Assembly: GCA_947478395.1 (NCBI GenBank)
Contig: CANJVR010000003.1
Span: 416,001-480,000 of the forward strand
Direction of reading: 5' to 3'
From: Opitutia bacterium
GTDB taxonomy: Bacteria; Verrucomicrobiota; Verrucomicrobiia; Opitutales; Opitutaceae
Length of the DNA: 64,000 nt
Shown here: one piece after another, positions 9,614-18,669 of the stretch
Numbering within the stretch: position 1 is the first letter of the stretch
Layout of the letters: the number at the start of each line of letters is the position of its first letter
Notes under the pieces: model-generated
Databases searched by the model: none
Seen by the model: the letters and a program-made list of their open reading frames with translations, nothing else
Told to the model about the DNA's origin: nothing
Translations under genes and position numbers: made by a program

Positions 9614-9741
9614 CGGAATTTTGGCCACGAAGAGGCGCAAGGATTTCGTTCACTCCGGCCAAATCTCCCGCGCGCCTCTAGGCGCGTGGATGGCTTTTCG
9701 CAGTATTGGATATTTTCGTGCCGCTTCGTCGCCATCTTCCG
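9614..9741. repeat. ~130-bp MITE-like element with terminal inverted repeats, copy 2 (right of puuD)
   Basis: cggaattttggccacgaagaggc ... ttttcgtgccgcttcgtcgccatcttccg; shares the internal gcgcgcctc(c/t)aggcgc with copy 1. Confidence 0.75.
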
Positions 9742-9752
9742 ATCGGATCGGC

Positions 9753-10142
9753 TTAGGGTTTGCGGACGGGGAGGCCGGCATCGGCCCAGGTTTTGAAGGC
9801 GCCAGCGTTGGCGACCTTGAAACCCTTTTCGGCCAGCGCGCTGCCCACGATGCCGGCGCGATTGCCGCTGCGGCAGTAGAGGATGATTTCTTTGCCGGCG
9901 TTTTTCTCGAGGAACGGTTTCCAGTCTTTTTGCGCGCCGTCGAAGTCGCTTTTCGCGAGGAGCACCGCGGGCGCGGCGACGCCAGTCTCGGCCCACTCGG
10001 AGGGCTCGCGGCAATCGACGAGGACGGCTTTGCCTTCGGCGATGAGTTTGGCGGCGGCGGCTGGTTCGATTTTGGCGACGTCAGCAGCCCAGGCGAAACT
10101 GACGGTGGCGAGAAGCGTGGCGAGGAGGCGAGGAAGTTTCAT
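9753..10142 (-). CDS. Secreted single-domain rhodanese (sulfurtransferase, PspE-like)
   Basis: Signal peptide, LVDCREPSEW, active-site loop YCRSGNRA. Confidence 0.88.
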   Translation of the reverse strand: MKLPRLLATLLATVSFAWAADVAKIEPAAAAKLIAEGKAVLVDCREPSEWAETGVAAPAVLLAKSDFDGAQKDWKPFLEKNAGKEIILYCRSGNRAGIVGSALAEKGFKVANAGAFKTWADAGLPVRKP

Positions 10143-10209
10143 AGGGAGGAAGGGGAGTTCTGGGGGCGGTATCGGCCTAGTGCGCGACCGCCCAATTGGT
10201 GGGGGTGGG

Positions 10210-10401
10210 TTAATTTTTCTTGCTCGAACAGGTGCTCAGGCCGAGCGGCACGTAGGCGGGGCAAAAGCGGAACACAGCGGTGAGGATGGGTACGAGGCCG
10301 ACGAGGCCCCACCAGGATTTCAAGTAGTAGCCAACGCCGAGCAGCGCGAGGCCAGCGGTGAGGCGGAGAGTGCGGTCGACGGAGCCGATGTTGGAGTTCA
10401 T
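10210..10401 (-). CDS. DUF2892/YgaP-like small membrane protein
   Basis: NIGSVDR.LR...G, GLVPILTAVFRFCPAYVPLGLSTC. Confidence 0.88.
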   Translation of the reverse strand: MNSNIGSVDRTLRLTAGLALLGVGYYLKSWWGLVGLVPILTAVFRFCPAYVPLGLSTCSSKKN

Positions 10402-10443
10402 GGAGGATCGTGATGGTTGCTGAACGAGGGGTATGGACAAATA

Positions 10444-13400
10444 TTACGCGGCGGAGTGCCGGTTGGTGACGTAGTAAAGAACGGGAACGGCCAGCCGGCT
10501 GATCAAAAGGGAGGCGATTTCGCCGGCCATCAGGCTGATGGCGAGGCCTTGGAAAATCGGATCGGCGAGAATCACACTCGCGCCCACGACGACGGCGAGC
10601 GCGGTGAGCAGCATCGGGCGAAAGCGGACGGCGCCGGCCTCGATGACGGCTTCGCGTAAGGGGAGACCATGGGCGCGCCGCAGTTCGATAAAATCGACGA
10701 GGATGATGGAATTGCGGACGACGATCCCTGCGCCCGCCATAAAGCCGATCATCGACGTCGCGGTGAAAAATGCTCCGAGCGCCCAGTGCGCCGGGAGAAT
10801 GCCGATCAGAGAAAACGGAATCGCGGCCATGACGACGAGCGGCGTGACGTAGCTTTTGAACCAGCCGACCAGCAGCATGGCGATGAGTACTAGGACCGCG
10901 GCGAAGGCGAGACCGAGATCGCGAAACACTTCGAGCGTGATGTGCCATTCGCCGTCCCATTTCAGCGAAGGCTGCTGGTCGTCGAAAGGTTGGTTAAGAT
11001 GGTAAATGGGGAGTTCAGCGGTGCTGGCGCCGAAGTGGCGGGCGTCGATTTTCTGGATCTCGCGATGCATAGGGAACAGCGCGTACGCAGGGCTTTCGAC
11101 GATGCCGGCGACGTCCGCAGTGACGTAGGTGACGGGCTTGAGATTTTTGCGGTAGAGGTTGCGCTCGCCGGTCGTGCGTTCGACGCGTACGAGCTCGGAG
11201 AGTGGGATGAGTGGCGCCGCGGGATTGAGGTCGGCGCGGACGTCGAGGGCGAGAATCGCGGCGGGATCAGCGCGGGTCGAGGCGGGGAGATCGACGATGA
11301 TCGGGAGGTCTTCGCGCTCGGCGGGAAGGTGTAGTAGGTCGATCGTGTGGCCTTGGGTGGCGAGGGCGATGGTTTGGTTGATCGCGGCCATACTGACTCC
11401 GTGGATCGCGGCCAGTTCGCGATCGGCGACATAGCGGATCGTGGGCTGGGCGTCTTCGACGAACCAATCGACGTCCACGACCCCGGGAGATTTTTGCATG
11501 ATTTCCCGGACAGCTTGCGCGAGCGCGAGGCGCTGCGTTTCGGATGGGCCGTAGATTTCCGCGACGATGGATTGAAGGACGGGTGGACCGGGGGGGACCT
11601 CGGAGACGGCGATGTTGGCGCCATAGGATTGCGCGATCGCCGTGAGTCGGGGGCGGAGTCGGCGGGCGATGGCGTGGCTTTGGTCGGAGCGTTCAGATTT
11701 ACCGACGAGGTTGACTTGGATGTCAGCGACATTGGGTCCGCGGCGGAGGAAGGAATGGCGGACAAGGCCGTTGAAGTTAAACGGCGCGGAGGTACCGGCG
11801 TAGATTTGATAATCGCGAACGTTGGGTTCCCCGCGGAGGGCGGCGGTCATTTCGGTGGCGATGCGGGTGGTCTGCTCGAGGGTGGTGCCCTCGGGGGTGT
11901 TCAGCACGATCTGGAACTCCGACTTGTTGTCGAAGGGGAGCATCTTGATCGTAACCGCGCCGGTGAGTACGAAGCCGACCGCAAGCAGGAGTAGCCCGAC
12001 GATGCCGATGAGAAACGTCCAACGCCAGCGGGCACGGTCGAGCAGGGGCCCCATCACGCGGTAGTAGAGGCGGGTGAACCAGTCGGATGGCGCGGGTTCG
12101 ATTTCTCCGTGCGCATCCGCGGGCACCTTCGGTCCATCGCCCGATGGGACGCGAACGGGTTGGTGGCGGCGGAGGAGGCGGATGGCGGCCCATGGCGTGA
12201 CGGTGAAGGCGATGAGAATGGAAAAAAGCATCGCGGCGGTGGAGCCGATCGGAATGGGCCGCATGTAGGGTCCCATGAGCCCGCCGACGAACGCCATGGG
12301 CAGGATGGCGGCGATGACCGCCCAGGTGGCGAGGATCGTGGGGTTGCCCACTTCGTCGACGGCAGCGAGGGCGACTTCGCCCAGAGACTTGTGGGCGGCG
12401 CTGGGCAGTCGCAGATGGCGGACAATGTTTTCGACGACGACGATCGCATCGTCCACGAGGATACCGATGGAGAAGATCAGCGCGAAGAGCGTGATGCGGT
12501 TGAGCGTGTACCCGTAAAGGTAGAACACGAGCAGCGTGAGCGCGAGGGTGGTGGGAATCGCGAGGAGCACGACGAACGATTCCCGCCAGCCCAGGAAGAT
12601 CAGGACGAGGAGGGCGACGCCGAAGACCGCGATGCCCATGTGGAGGAGGAGCTCGTCGCTTTTCTCGGCGGCGGTGTGGCCGTAGTCGCGGGTGACGGTG
12701 ACGGTCACATCGGCGGGGAGGAGGGTGCCGCGAAGCGTATCGACCTTGGCGAGGGCGGTGCGGACGACGTCGATGGCATTGGCGCCGGGGCGTTTGGCGA
12801 GACTCAGTGTAACAGCCGGCTCCAAATCGGTCGCAGCGGAGCCGTGGAGGACGTAGTCGGCGGGTTCCTCGGTGGCGTCGGTGATCGTGGCGACATCGCG
12901 AAGGTAGACGGGCGTGGCGCCGTGCAGGCCGACCACGACGGAGGCGGCGTCGTTGCGGTCGCGGAGGAACCCACCGCTTTCGAGGAGGAACTCGGTGTTG
13001 GCAAAAGGGCGTGAACCGATTTGGAGCTGCCGGTTGGCGGCTTGGAGCGCGGGGGCGATCTGATTGGCGGTGAGACCCTGGGCGGTGAGGGCGGCGGAAT
13101 CGAGTTGCACGCGCAGGGCCCGGCGAACGCCGCCGCTCACCGTCGTTTCGGCGACCTCCGGAATGGCTTTGAGGGCATCGTCGAGTTGGAGGGCGAGACG
13201 CCGGAGGGCCAGAGAATCGTGGTGGGAGCTGGAGAGGGTGAGAGCGAGAATCGGGACATCGTCGATCGTGCGGGGCTTGATGAGCGGCGCGGTGGCCCCG
13301 AGGGGAAGGCGATCGAGATTGGCCTGGAGGCGTTGGTTAAGGCGGACCAGCGCGGGCTCGATGGCGGTACCGACGCGGTAGCGGACAATGATGACGCTGC

Positions 13401-13695
13401 GGCCCGGGCTGGAGGTGGAGTAGAGATATTCGACGCCGGGAATTTCCCAGAGGAGTTTCTCGAGCGGGCGAGTGAGTCGGTTTTCGATTTCGAGCGGTGT
13501 CGCGCCGGGGAGGGCGCTGATCACGTCGATCATGGGGACGTTGATCTGAGGCTCCTCTTCGCGCGGGAGCATCAGGACGGCAAAGAGCCCGAGGATAACG
13601 GATGCGATGATCGCGATCGGGGTGAGTTTCGACGTGGCGAAGTACGCGGCTAGGCGGCCCGCGAGTCCGAGGGGAGCTGAATCGCCGGCAGTCAT
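10444..13695 (-). CDS. RND efflux permease (AcrB/AcrD/AcrF family)
   Basis: 1083 aa; PREEEPQI, ILVDDAIVVVEN, GIVVRNSIILVDF, RFRPMLLT. Confidence 0.93.
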   Translation of the reverse strand: MTAGDSAPLGLAGRLAAYFATSKLTPIAIIASVILGLFAVLMLPREEEPQINVPMIDVISALPGATPLEIENRLTRPLEKLLWEIPGVEYLYSTSSPGRSVIIVRYRVGTAIEPALVRLNQRLQANLDRLPLGATAPLIKPRTIDDVPILALTLSSSHHDSLALRRLALQLDDALKAIPEVAETTVSGGVRRALRVQLDSAALTAQGLTANQIAPALQAANRQLQIGSRPFANTEFLLESGGFLRDRNDAASVVVGLHGATPVYLRDVATITDATEEPADYVLHGSAATDLEPAVTLSLAKRPGANAIDVVRTALAKVDTLRGTLLPADVTVTVTRDYGHTAAEKSDELLLHMGIAVFGVALLVLIFLGWRESFVVLLAIPTTLALTLLVFYLYGYTLNRITLFALIFSIGILVDDAIVVVENIVRHLRLPSAAHKSLGEVALAAVDEVGNPTILATWAVIAAILPMAFVGGLMGPYMRPIPIGSTAAMLFSILIAFTVTPWAAIRLLRRHQPVRVPSGDGPKVPADAHGEIEPAPSDWFTRLYYRVMGPLLDRARWRWTFLIGIVGLLLLAVGFVLTGAVTIKMLPFDNKSEFQIVLNTPEGTTLEQTTRIATEMTAALRGEPNVRDYQIYAGTSAPFNFNGLVRHSFLRRGPNVADIQVNLVGKSERSDQSHAIARRLRPRLTAIAQSYGANIAVSEVPPGPPVLQSIVAEIYGPSETQRLALAQAVREIMQKSPGVVDVDWFVEDAQPTIRYVADRELAAIHGVSMAAINQTIALATQGHTIDLLHLPAEREDLPIIVDLPASTRADPAAILALDVRADLNPAAPLIPLSELVRVERTTGERNLYRKNLKPVTYVTADVAGIVESPAYALFPMHREIQKIDARHFGASTAELPIYHLNQPFDDQQPSLKWDGEWHITLEVFRDLGLAFAAVLVLIAMLLVGWFKSYVTPLVVMAAIPFSLIGILPAHWALGAFFTATSMIGFMAGAGIVVRNSIILVDFIELRRAHGLPLREAVIEAGAVRFRPMLLTALAVVVGASVILADPIFQGLAISLMAGEIASLLISRLAVPVLYYVTNRHSAA

Positions 13696-14717
13696 GGGCG
13701 GAGGTTGACGTGTTGGCCATCGCGGAGCGCGGGAGCGGGATCGAGGACGACGGTTTCGCCCGCGGTGAGGCCGGAAAGAATGACGGTATTTTCGCCGTGG
13801 GCACCGGCCGACTTCACGAGCCGGAGCTGGGTCTGGCCCCCGGCGCTGACGACGAAGACGCGTTCCAGCGAACCAAAGACGGTGAGGGCTCGGGTGGGAA
13901 CGAGAAGGACCGTAGAGTTTCCCCCGGTCGGCCAGAGGACACGAACCAGCTGACCGGATCGGAAAGAGACGGTGGCGGGAAGATCGAGTTGAGCGAGCCG
14001 GGTGCGGGTGATCGGATCGGCGGCGGCGGAGAGCTCAGCAAGCCGGGCGGTGACCGTGGTGACCGCTTCCGGACCGGACGGTATGGCCAAGCCGGTCCCG
14101 ATTGGAATGGAGGCTAAACTGGCGGGAACCTGGACCTCGGCGCGGAGATGGTCCGTCGCCTCGAGGTCGAGGAGAGGCGTGCCCGGGAGAGCGAGGTCAC
14201 CGCTGTTGATGAGTTTGCGGGTGATGGTGCCGGCGAAAGGTGCGGTGATCCGGGTGTAACCGAGCAGCGCCTCGGCTTCGGTGACGGCGGCTTGCGCGAG
14301 CTGGCGGCGGTCCGCGGCGGCGCGGGCGGAATCGGCGGCGGCGGCATTTAGTTTCACGAGTTCCGTTTCGCGGGCTGACTCGCGTTCAGCTTGAGCGAGG
14401 ACGGCGCGGGCTTGCGAGAGGCGGGCCGGAACTTCCGGCGCGTGGAGCGTGAGGAGGAGTTCCCCGGCGGAAACGTTCTGGCCGACGAAGAACGTGGCGC
14501 CGGTGACACTACCCATGACGCGGGCGGCGAGGGTCGCGTGTTCCAGCGGACGCACCGTGGCAGTCAGGGTCTGCGTGTTTGCGAGGCCAACGAATTCAAC
14601 GCGGGCGGAGCGGACATCCACGGCCGGTTGATCCGGGATGGCGGTGGGCGGCGGGTTGCGTCCACAGCCAGAAAATACCGAGGTGGCGAAGGCGAGGAGA
14701 ATGGCGAACGGACGCAT
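13692..14717 (-). CDS. RND periplasmic adaptor (membrane fusion lipoprotein)
   Basis: Lipobox FSGC, lipoyl-hairpin ITAPFAGTI, DPITRT, LSGLTAGETVV; overlaps the permease start. Confidence 0.9.
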   Translation of the reverse strand: MRPFAILLAFATSVFSGCGRNPPPTAIPDQPAVDVRSARVEFVGLANTQTLTATVRPLEHATLAARVMGSVTGATFFVGQNVSAGELLLTLHAPEVPARLSQARAVLAQAERESARETELVKLNAAAADSARAAADRRQLAQAAVTEAEALLGYTRITAPFAGTITRKLINSGDLALPGTPLLDLEATDHLRAEVQVPASLASIPIGTGLAIPSGPEAVTTVTARLAELSAAADPITRTRLAQLDLPATVSFRSGQLVRVLWPTGGNSTVLLVPTRALTVFGSLERVFVVSAGGQTQLRLVKSAGAHGENTVILSGLTAGETVVLDPAPALRDGQHVNLRP

Positions 14718-14735
14718 GACGGGGAGCGCGGGGGA

Positions 14736-14963
14736 TTACGGCCGGGTGGAGCCGCCGACCCGGATGTACCCGTCGGGCGTGATCCAGCCGATTTTTTTAA
14801 GCAGGAAGGTGGGCGGGCAGAAGCCGGTGAACGCGGACTGAATAAGGTTGAGTCCCGCGAAAGCGGTGAGGAATAGCCAGCGCTCGTCGAGCCAGAGCGC
14901 GAGCACTACGCTGGCGAGAACGACCGAGCCGGCGAGAACGCGGATAAATGATTCAGTTTTCAT
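14736..14963 (-). CDS. DUF2892/YgaP-like small membrane protein
   Basis: IRVLAGSVVL, FAGLNLIQSAFTGFCP. Confidence 0.85.
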   Translation of the reverse strand: MKTESFIRVLAGSVVLASVVLALWLDERWLFLTAFAGLNLIQSAFTGFCPPTFLLKKIGWITPDGYIRVGGSTRP

Positions 14964-14980
14964 GGGGCGGAGTGCGGGTG

Positions 14981-15024
14981 TATTTATATATGTTTATATG
15001 CGCATATGCTTGTAAAATAGTCAA
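14981..15024. promoter_or_regulatory. Divergent promoter and putative ArsR operator
   Basis: AT-rich island with palindrome atatgcgcatat (14996-15007), repeated atatg units and TTGACT on the minus strand (15019-15024), between ArsR and the efflux operon. Confidence 0.65.
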
Positions 15025-15044
15025 GCGGTGCTTGGGTTGCGGCC

Positions 15045-15380
15045 ATGGGAAAAAAACCGCGGGTAATGACGGAAGAGGCGCTGGGGCTGATTGCGCGGCG
15101 ATTTGCTGTGCTGGCGGAGCCGATGCGGCTGCGGTTGCTGCACGCGCTGTTCGACGGCGAAAAAAGCGTGGGAGTGCTTGTCGAGCTGAGCGGCGGCACG
15201 CAGGCGAATGTATCGCGCCACCTCCAGACGCTGACGGACGCCGGGATGCTCACGCGCCGAAAGGAAGGCCTGCAGGTTTTTTACGGGATCGGCGACAAGT
15301 CGGTCTTCGAGTTGTGCGAACTGGTGTGTGGCAGTTTGGAGCAGCAGCACACGCAGCGGGCCGAGTCGCTGGCTCGTTAG
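15045..15380 (+). CDS. ArsR/SmtB family transcriptional regulator
   Basis: F..LAEPMRLRLL..L, QANVSRHLQTL..AG...RRKEG..VFY, C-terminal LCELVC. Confidence 0.92.
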   Translation: MGKKPRVMTEEALGLIARRFAVLAEPMRLRLLHALFDGEKSVGVLVELSGGTQANVSRHLQTLTDAGMLTRRKEGLQVFYGIGDKSVFELCELVCGSLEQQHTQRAESLAR

Positions 15381-15475
15381 GTCCGCGTTGGAAATGAGCA
15401 GGCGGTGCCCCGTCTTAGTCGCTAGGGCCGCCGGGCAGACGATTCTAGTTCAGCCCGCAGTTATGTGTAGCCGGC

Positions 15476-17137
15476 CTAGAACAGCCGCCGGCCTTTGGCT
15501 TGGGGTGGGGCGGGGAGGCCGAGGAGGGCGGAGAGGGTGGGGGCGAGGTCGTCGACGCCGACGCGCTCAGGACGAACGCTGCGGGGAATGCCCGCACCGA
15601 ACCACAGCATTGGCACGTGGGTGTCGTAGTCGTACGGCGAGCCGTGGGTCGAACCCATCGCGCGGGAAAAATAGTACGGCTTTAAGATAACGACTAGATC
15701 CCGGCCGCGGCCGGCGTTGTAACTGCGGCGGGTCATGTCGAGAATACTGTCGGTCGTGGGCTCGGCGGCGAGTAGCTCCTCGCGGGTGTAGGCCTCGGCG
15801 ATGGGTGGCTGGAGTCGGAGCGCTTTTTGGACCACGATCGCGGCGGCGGCGGCGGAAATACTCTTGGCGGCGAGAGCGGCGGGACGGAAATGGTAGCAAA
15901 AATTTTCGCGCACAAACCACGTTTCGTTAGCGGGGAGGGGGCCGTAGGCCGCGTTGAGAGCGCGGCGGGCGTCGTCGTCGAGGGCGGCCGCGTTGACGCG
16001 GCCTGCCGGATGATCGCGGGCAATCTCAGGCATGGGGGCTACGCCGTGATCGGCGGTGAGCACGATGAGGCAGTGCGTGAGTCCAACCTCACGGTTGACG
16101 CGGTCGAAGAACGCGGCGAGGACGCGGTCGAGACGTAGCACGGAATCCATGACTTCATGGCTGTCGGGTCCGTAGGTGTGGCCGACGGCGTCGATCTGAG
16201 AAAAACCCACGGCGAGCAAATCGGTGGCTTCGTGTTGGCCGAGGCGTTCGGCGACGAGCGCGCGCTGCGCGAGTTCGCCCAATGCTTCCGTCGTGAAAGG
16301 AGCCCAATCGTAAGCATCGAAAAACTTTGGCGTGATCGTGGTTTCGCCTCCGTCCATGCGCTTGGGAAACGTGCGGGTGAAACCGGAGCCGGTGGTTTCG
16401 CCCACGACATCGTCCGGGCCTTGCACGCGGTCGTAGATCGCGGGGTCGAGGAGGCGCTCCCATGTTTTTTCGAACACGGCTTCTGCGCGTTTCTCCGCGT
16501 TGAACGCGACAATCCACGCCGGGAGATCGGCGCGATAGTAGCGCGATGTGATGAAGCGACCGATTTCGTCCCAGTATACGCCGTCGGCTTTTTGTCCGCC
16601 GAGCAGGATGGCGGAGCGATCCTTGTTCGAAAGGGAGATCACGCGCGATTTGTCGCCGTAGCGCTTTTTGAGTTCGTCGCCCACAGTAGTGCTGTGGAAA
16701 TTCTTCGGCGAACGCCCGGTTTTCTGGGGATTGCGCGCGGCGACCGGCCCCATTTCGCGCGGGTCGATGCCAACGAGCGGCGAGCCGCGGTCTTCGACGG
16801 AGTTGACGATCTCGCCGGAATCGAGGTCGAACCACTCGTTGGAAATGATGCTGTGATCCCGGGAGAACGCACCGCTGAGAATCTGGGCGTGGCCGGGGGC
16901 GGTGACGGTGAGGCTATGGCGGTAGTTTGCGTTTTCGAAAACGGTGCCGCCCTCCAGGAGACGTTTGAAGCCGCCCTCGACGAAATAGGGACGGAAGCGC
17001 ACGAGGTAGTCGGCGCGCAACTGGTCGATCGAGATCACGACGACGAGTTTTGGGGGCGCGGGCGGCGCGGCGGCGCGGACCGTGTAGGCGGCGAAAAAAA
17101 GCCCAAAGAACGCGAGCAGGATGCGGCGAAGAGTCAT
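15476..17137 (-). CDS. Alkaline phosphatase, PafA/nucleotide pyrophosphatase family
   Basis: Signal peptide, ISIDQLRADY, TVTAPGHA (Thr nucleophile), KDRSAIL, D.VGHTYGPDS, TADHG, THGSPY.YDTHVP. Confidence 0.9.
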   Translation of the reverse strand: MTLRRILLAFFGLFFAAYTVRAAAPPAPPKLVVVISIDQLRADYLVRFRPYFVEGGFKRLLEGGTVFENANYRHSLTVTAPGHAQILSGAFSRDHSIISNEWFDLDSGEIVNSVEDRGSPLVGIDPREMGPVAARNPQKTGRSPKNFHSTTVGDELKKRYGDKSRVISLSNKDRSAILLGGQKADGVYWDEIGRFITSRYYRADLPAWIVAFNAEKRAEAVFEKTWERLLDPAIYDRVQGPDDVVGETTGSGFTRTFPKRMDGGETTITPKFFDAYDWAPFTTEALGELAQRALVAERLGQHEATDLLAVGFSQIDAVGHTYGPDSHEVMDSVLRLDRVLAAFFDRVNREVGLTHCLIVLTADHGVAPMPEIARDHPAGRVNAAALDDDARRALNAAYGPLPANETWFVRENFCYHFRPAALAAKSISAAAAAIVVQKALRLQPPIAEAYTREELLAAEPTTDSILDMTRRSYNAGRGRDLVVILKPYYFSRAMGSTHGSPYDYDTHVPMLWFGAGIPRSVRPERVGVDDLAPTLSALLGLPAPPQAKGRRLF

Positions 17138-17340
17138 GGCAAAAAGGGACAAGAGGAGGGTGAGTGACGAGGGCAAGCCCGCGGAGAGGCGTGGGGCGGT
17201 CCGGGAGCCAAATTTCACGCGTTCGTTTTATGAGAAGAGTTTTCCGCGCAGCTGGGGCGAAGGGGCGAGGGGGGCTCGGACAGATGCAGCGATCCAATGC
17301 TCCCCGTCCGGCGCGTTAGGGATAACGCGTCCCATTTTTT

Positions 17341-17859
17341 TCAAACACCCTCTTGGCGGATTTTCGCTTGAGCCATAGCGGGGCCGGATTTGAGCCAGAC
17401 CCCGTAGGCGGCGAAGGCGGCGAGGGAGAAAAAGACCAGGAGATGGCCGGTAAGTTGGCGGATCTGCACGGCTTGTGCCGTCCGGAATTCGGCGGGGGTG
17501 AGCTCGCGCAGAATTTTATCGTGTGACTTGAGGACGAGGCGGGTTTCGGACACGCGCACGGGATCGCCGCCCTCGTTTAGCGTTAGACAAACGAAGAAGT
17601 TGGCGAAGACGTACACGAGGAGCGCGACAGTGCCGATTTTTATCCCCCGTGGGATGTTGCCGAAGATTTCGGAGACGAGATTTTTGCGGGGGACTTTGCG
17701 GAGCTGCCAGATGACGAGCGGCCAGACGACGAAAAGTAGCGGCACAAAGATGAGCACCGGATAGAACGCGATGCCCGCAAACGTGAGTACATGAGCGGCG
17801 GCGCAGGCGGCGGCACCGAAGACGGAGACCAAGAATGTGAGACGAAGACCGGAGGACAT
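17341..17859 (-). CDS. Hypothetical membrane protein (about 4 TM helices)
   Basis: Clean ORF with hydrophobic segments, co-oriented downstream of metW. Confidence 0.65.
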   Translation of the reverse strand: MSSGLRLTFLVSVFGAAACAAAHVLTFAGIAFYPVLIFVPLLFVVWPLVIWQLRKVPRKNLVSEIFGNIPRGIKIGTVALLVYVFANFFVCLTLNEGGDPVRVSETRLVLKSHDKILRELTPAEFRTAQAVQIRQLTGHLLVFFSLAAFAAYGVWLKSGPAMAQAKIRQEGV

Positions 17860-17942
17860 TTTTTTGCTTTGGAAGGTGGCGTTCCGACCTCTTGCGGTGG
17901 GCTTCGGAAGGGCTCGCGAAGTTGGGTCCGAAGGCCCGGTCC

Positions 17943-18548
17943 CTACTTCGTCAGGTCATACAGCGCGTAGCCGGCGAAAAGATTCGGCAGCGCCCGGCAA
18001 GGCGTTTTCCAGTCGCCGCCGAGGAGGACGCGGCGCGTGATACGGATTTTGTGGTCTGCGCAGAAATCCTCGAAGTCGGCGACGGAGACCGGATTGGCGG
18101 GGCGACTCTCGGCCCACGCGGTCTTGTAGACCGCGTTGCGCGCTTTGCGTCCGCGTACCAGGAGATCGAGCCGGTTTTTCCAGAAGGCGTGGTTGACGAA
18201 GCCCACGGTGACTGAGCGCGCGACCCGCAGCGCCTCCGCGATGACGGCGGCGGGATTGTGCAGCTCCTGCACCGTGCGCGAGCAGATCACGCGGTCGAAA
18301 TGTTTTTCTGGAAACGCCGCCATGCACGTAATCATGTCGCCCTGATAGGCCGGCACGCCCCGGAGGACGCAGGCGGTGACGCGCGAGAAATCGAGATCCA
18401 CGCCGAGGGCGGAAACCTGTTTTGTCTGCACGAGGTAATCGAGCAGCTCGCCGCGGCCGCAGCCAAGATCGAGCACGCGCGTTTGCGGTTCCACCCAGTC
18501 ACCGATGATCTGCATGTCGACCGTACGCTTTTCGACGAGCTTGGTCAT
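17943..18548 (-). CDS. metW: Methionine biosynthesis protein MetW
   Basis: RVLDLGCGRGELL, FDRVICSRTVQ; adjacent to metX. Confidence 0.88.
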   Translation of the reverse strand: MTKLVEKRTVDMQIIGDWVEPQTRVLDLGCGRGELLDYLVQTKQVSALGVDLDFSRVTACVLRGVPAYQGDMITCMAAFPEKHFDRVICSRTVQELHNPAAVIAEALRVARSVTVGFVNHAFWKNRLDLLVRGRKARNAVYKTAWAESRPANPVSVADFEDFCADHKIRITRRVLLGGDWKTPCRALPNLFAGYALYDLTK

Positions 18549-18569
18549 ACGGCAGGGGATGAGACATTA

Positions 18570-18663
18570 CCCACGCAACACACGGAATAGGGAGTGCTCG
18601 CGAACAAGGCGGGGAAAGGCCGGCGGGTTGTTTTCATTCCGTATTTTCCGTGTGTACCGTGGG
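18570..18663. repeat. Short element with inverted ends, ccacg..acacacggaa family
   Basis: cccacgcaacacacggaa ... ttccgtgtgtaccgtggg between metX and metW. Confidence 0.7.
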
Positions 18664-18669
18664 CGATAT

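Noticed and set aside
8197..9741. Integron attC sites or CRISPR repeats
   Set aside because: No RYYYAAC/GTTRRRY ends, only two copies, and no integrase or cas genes.
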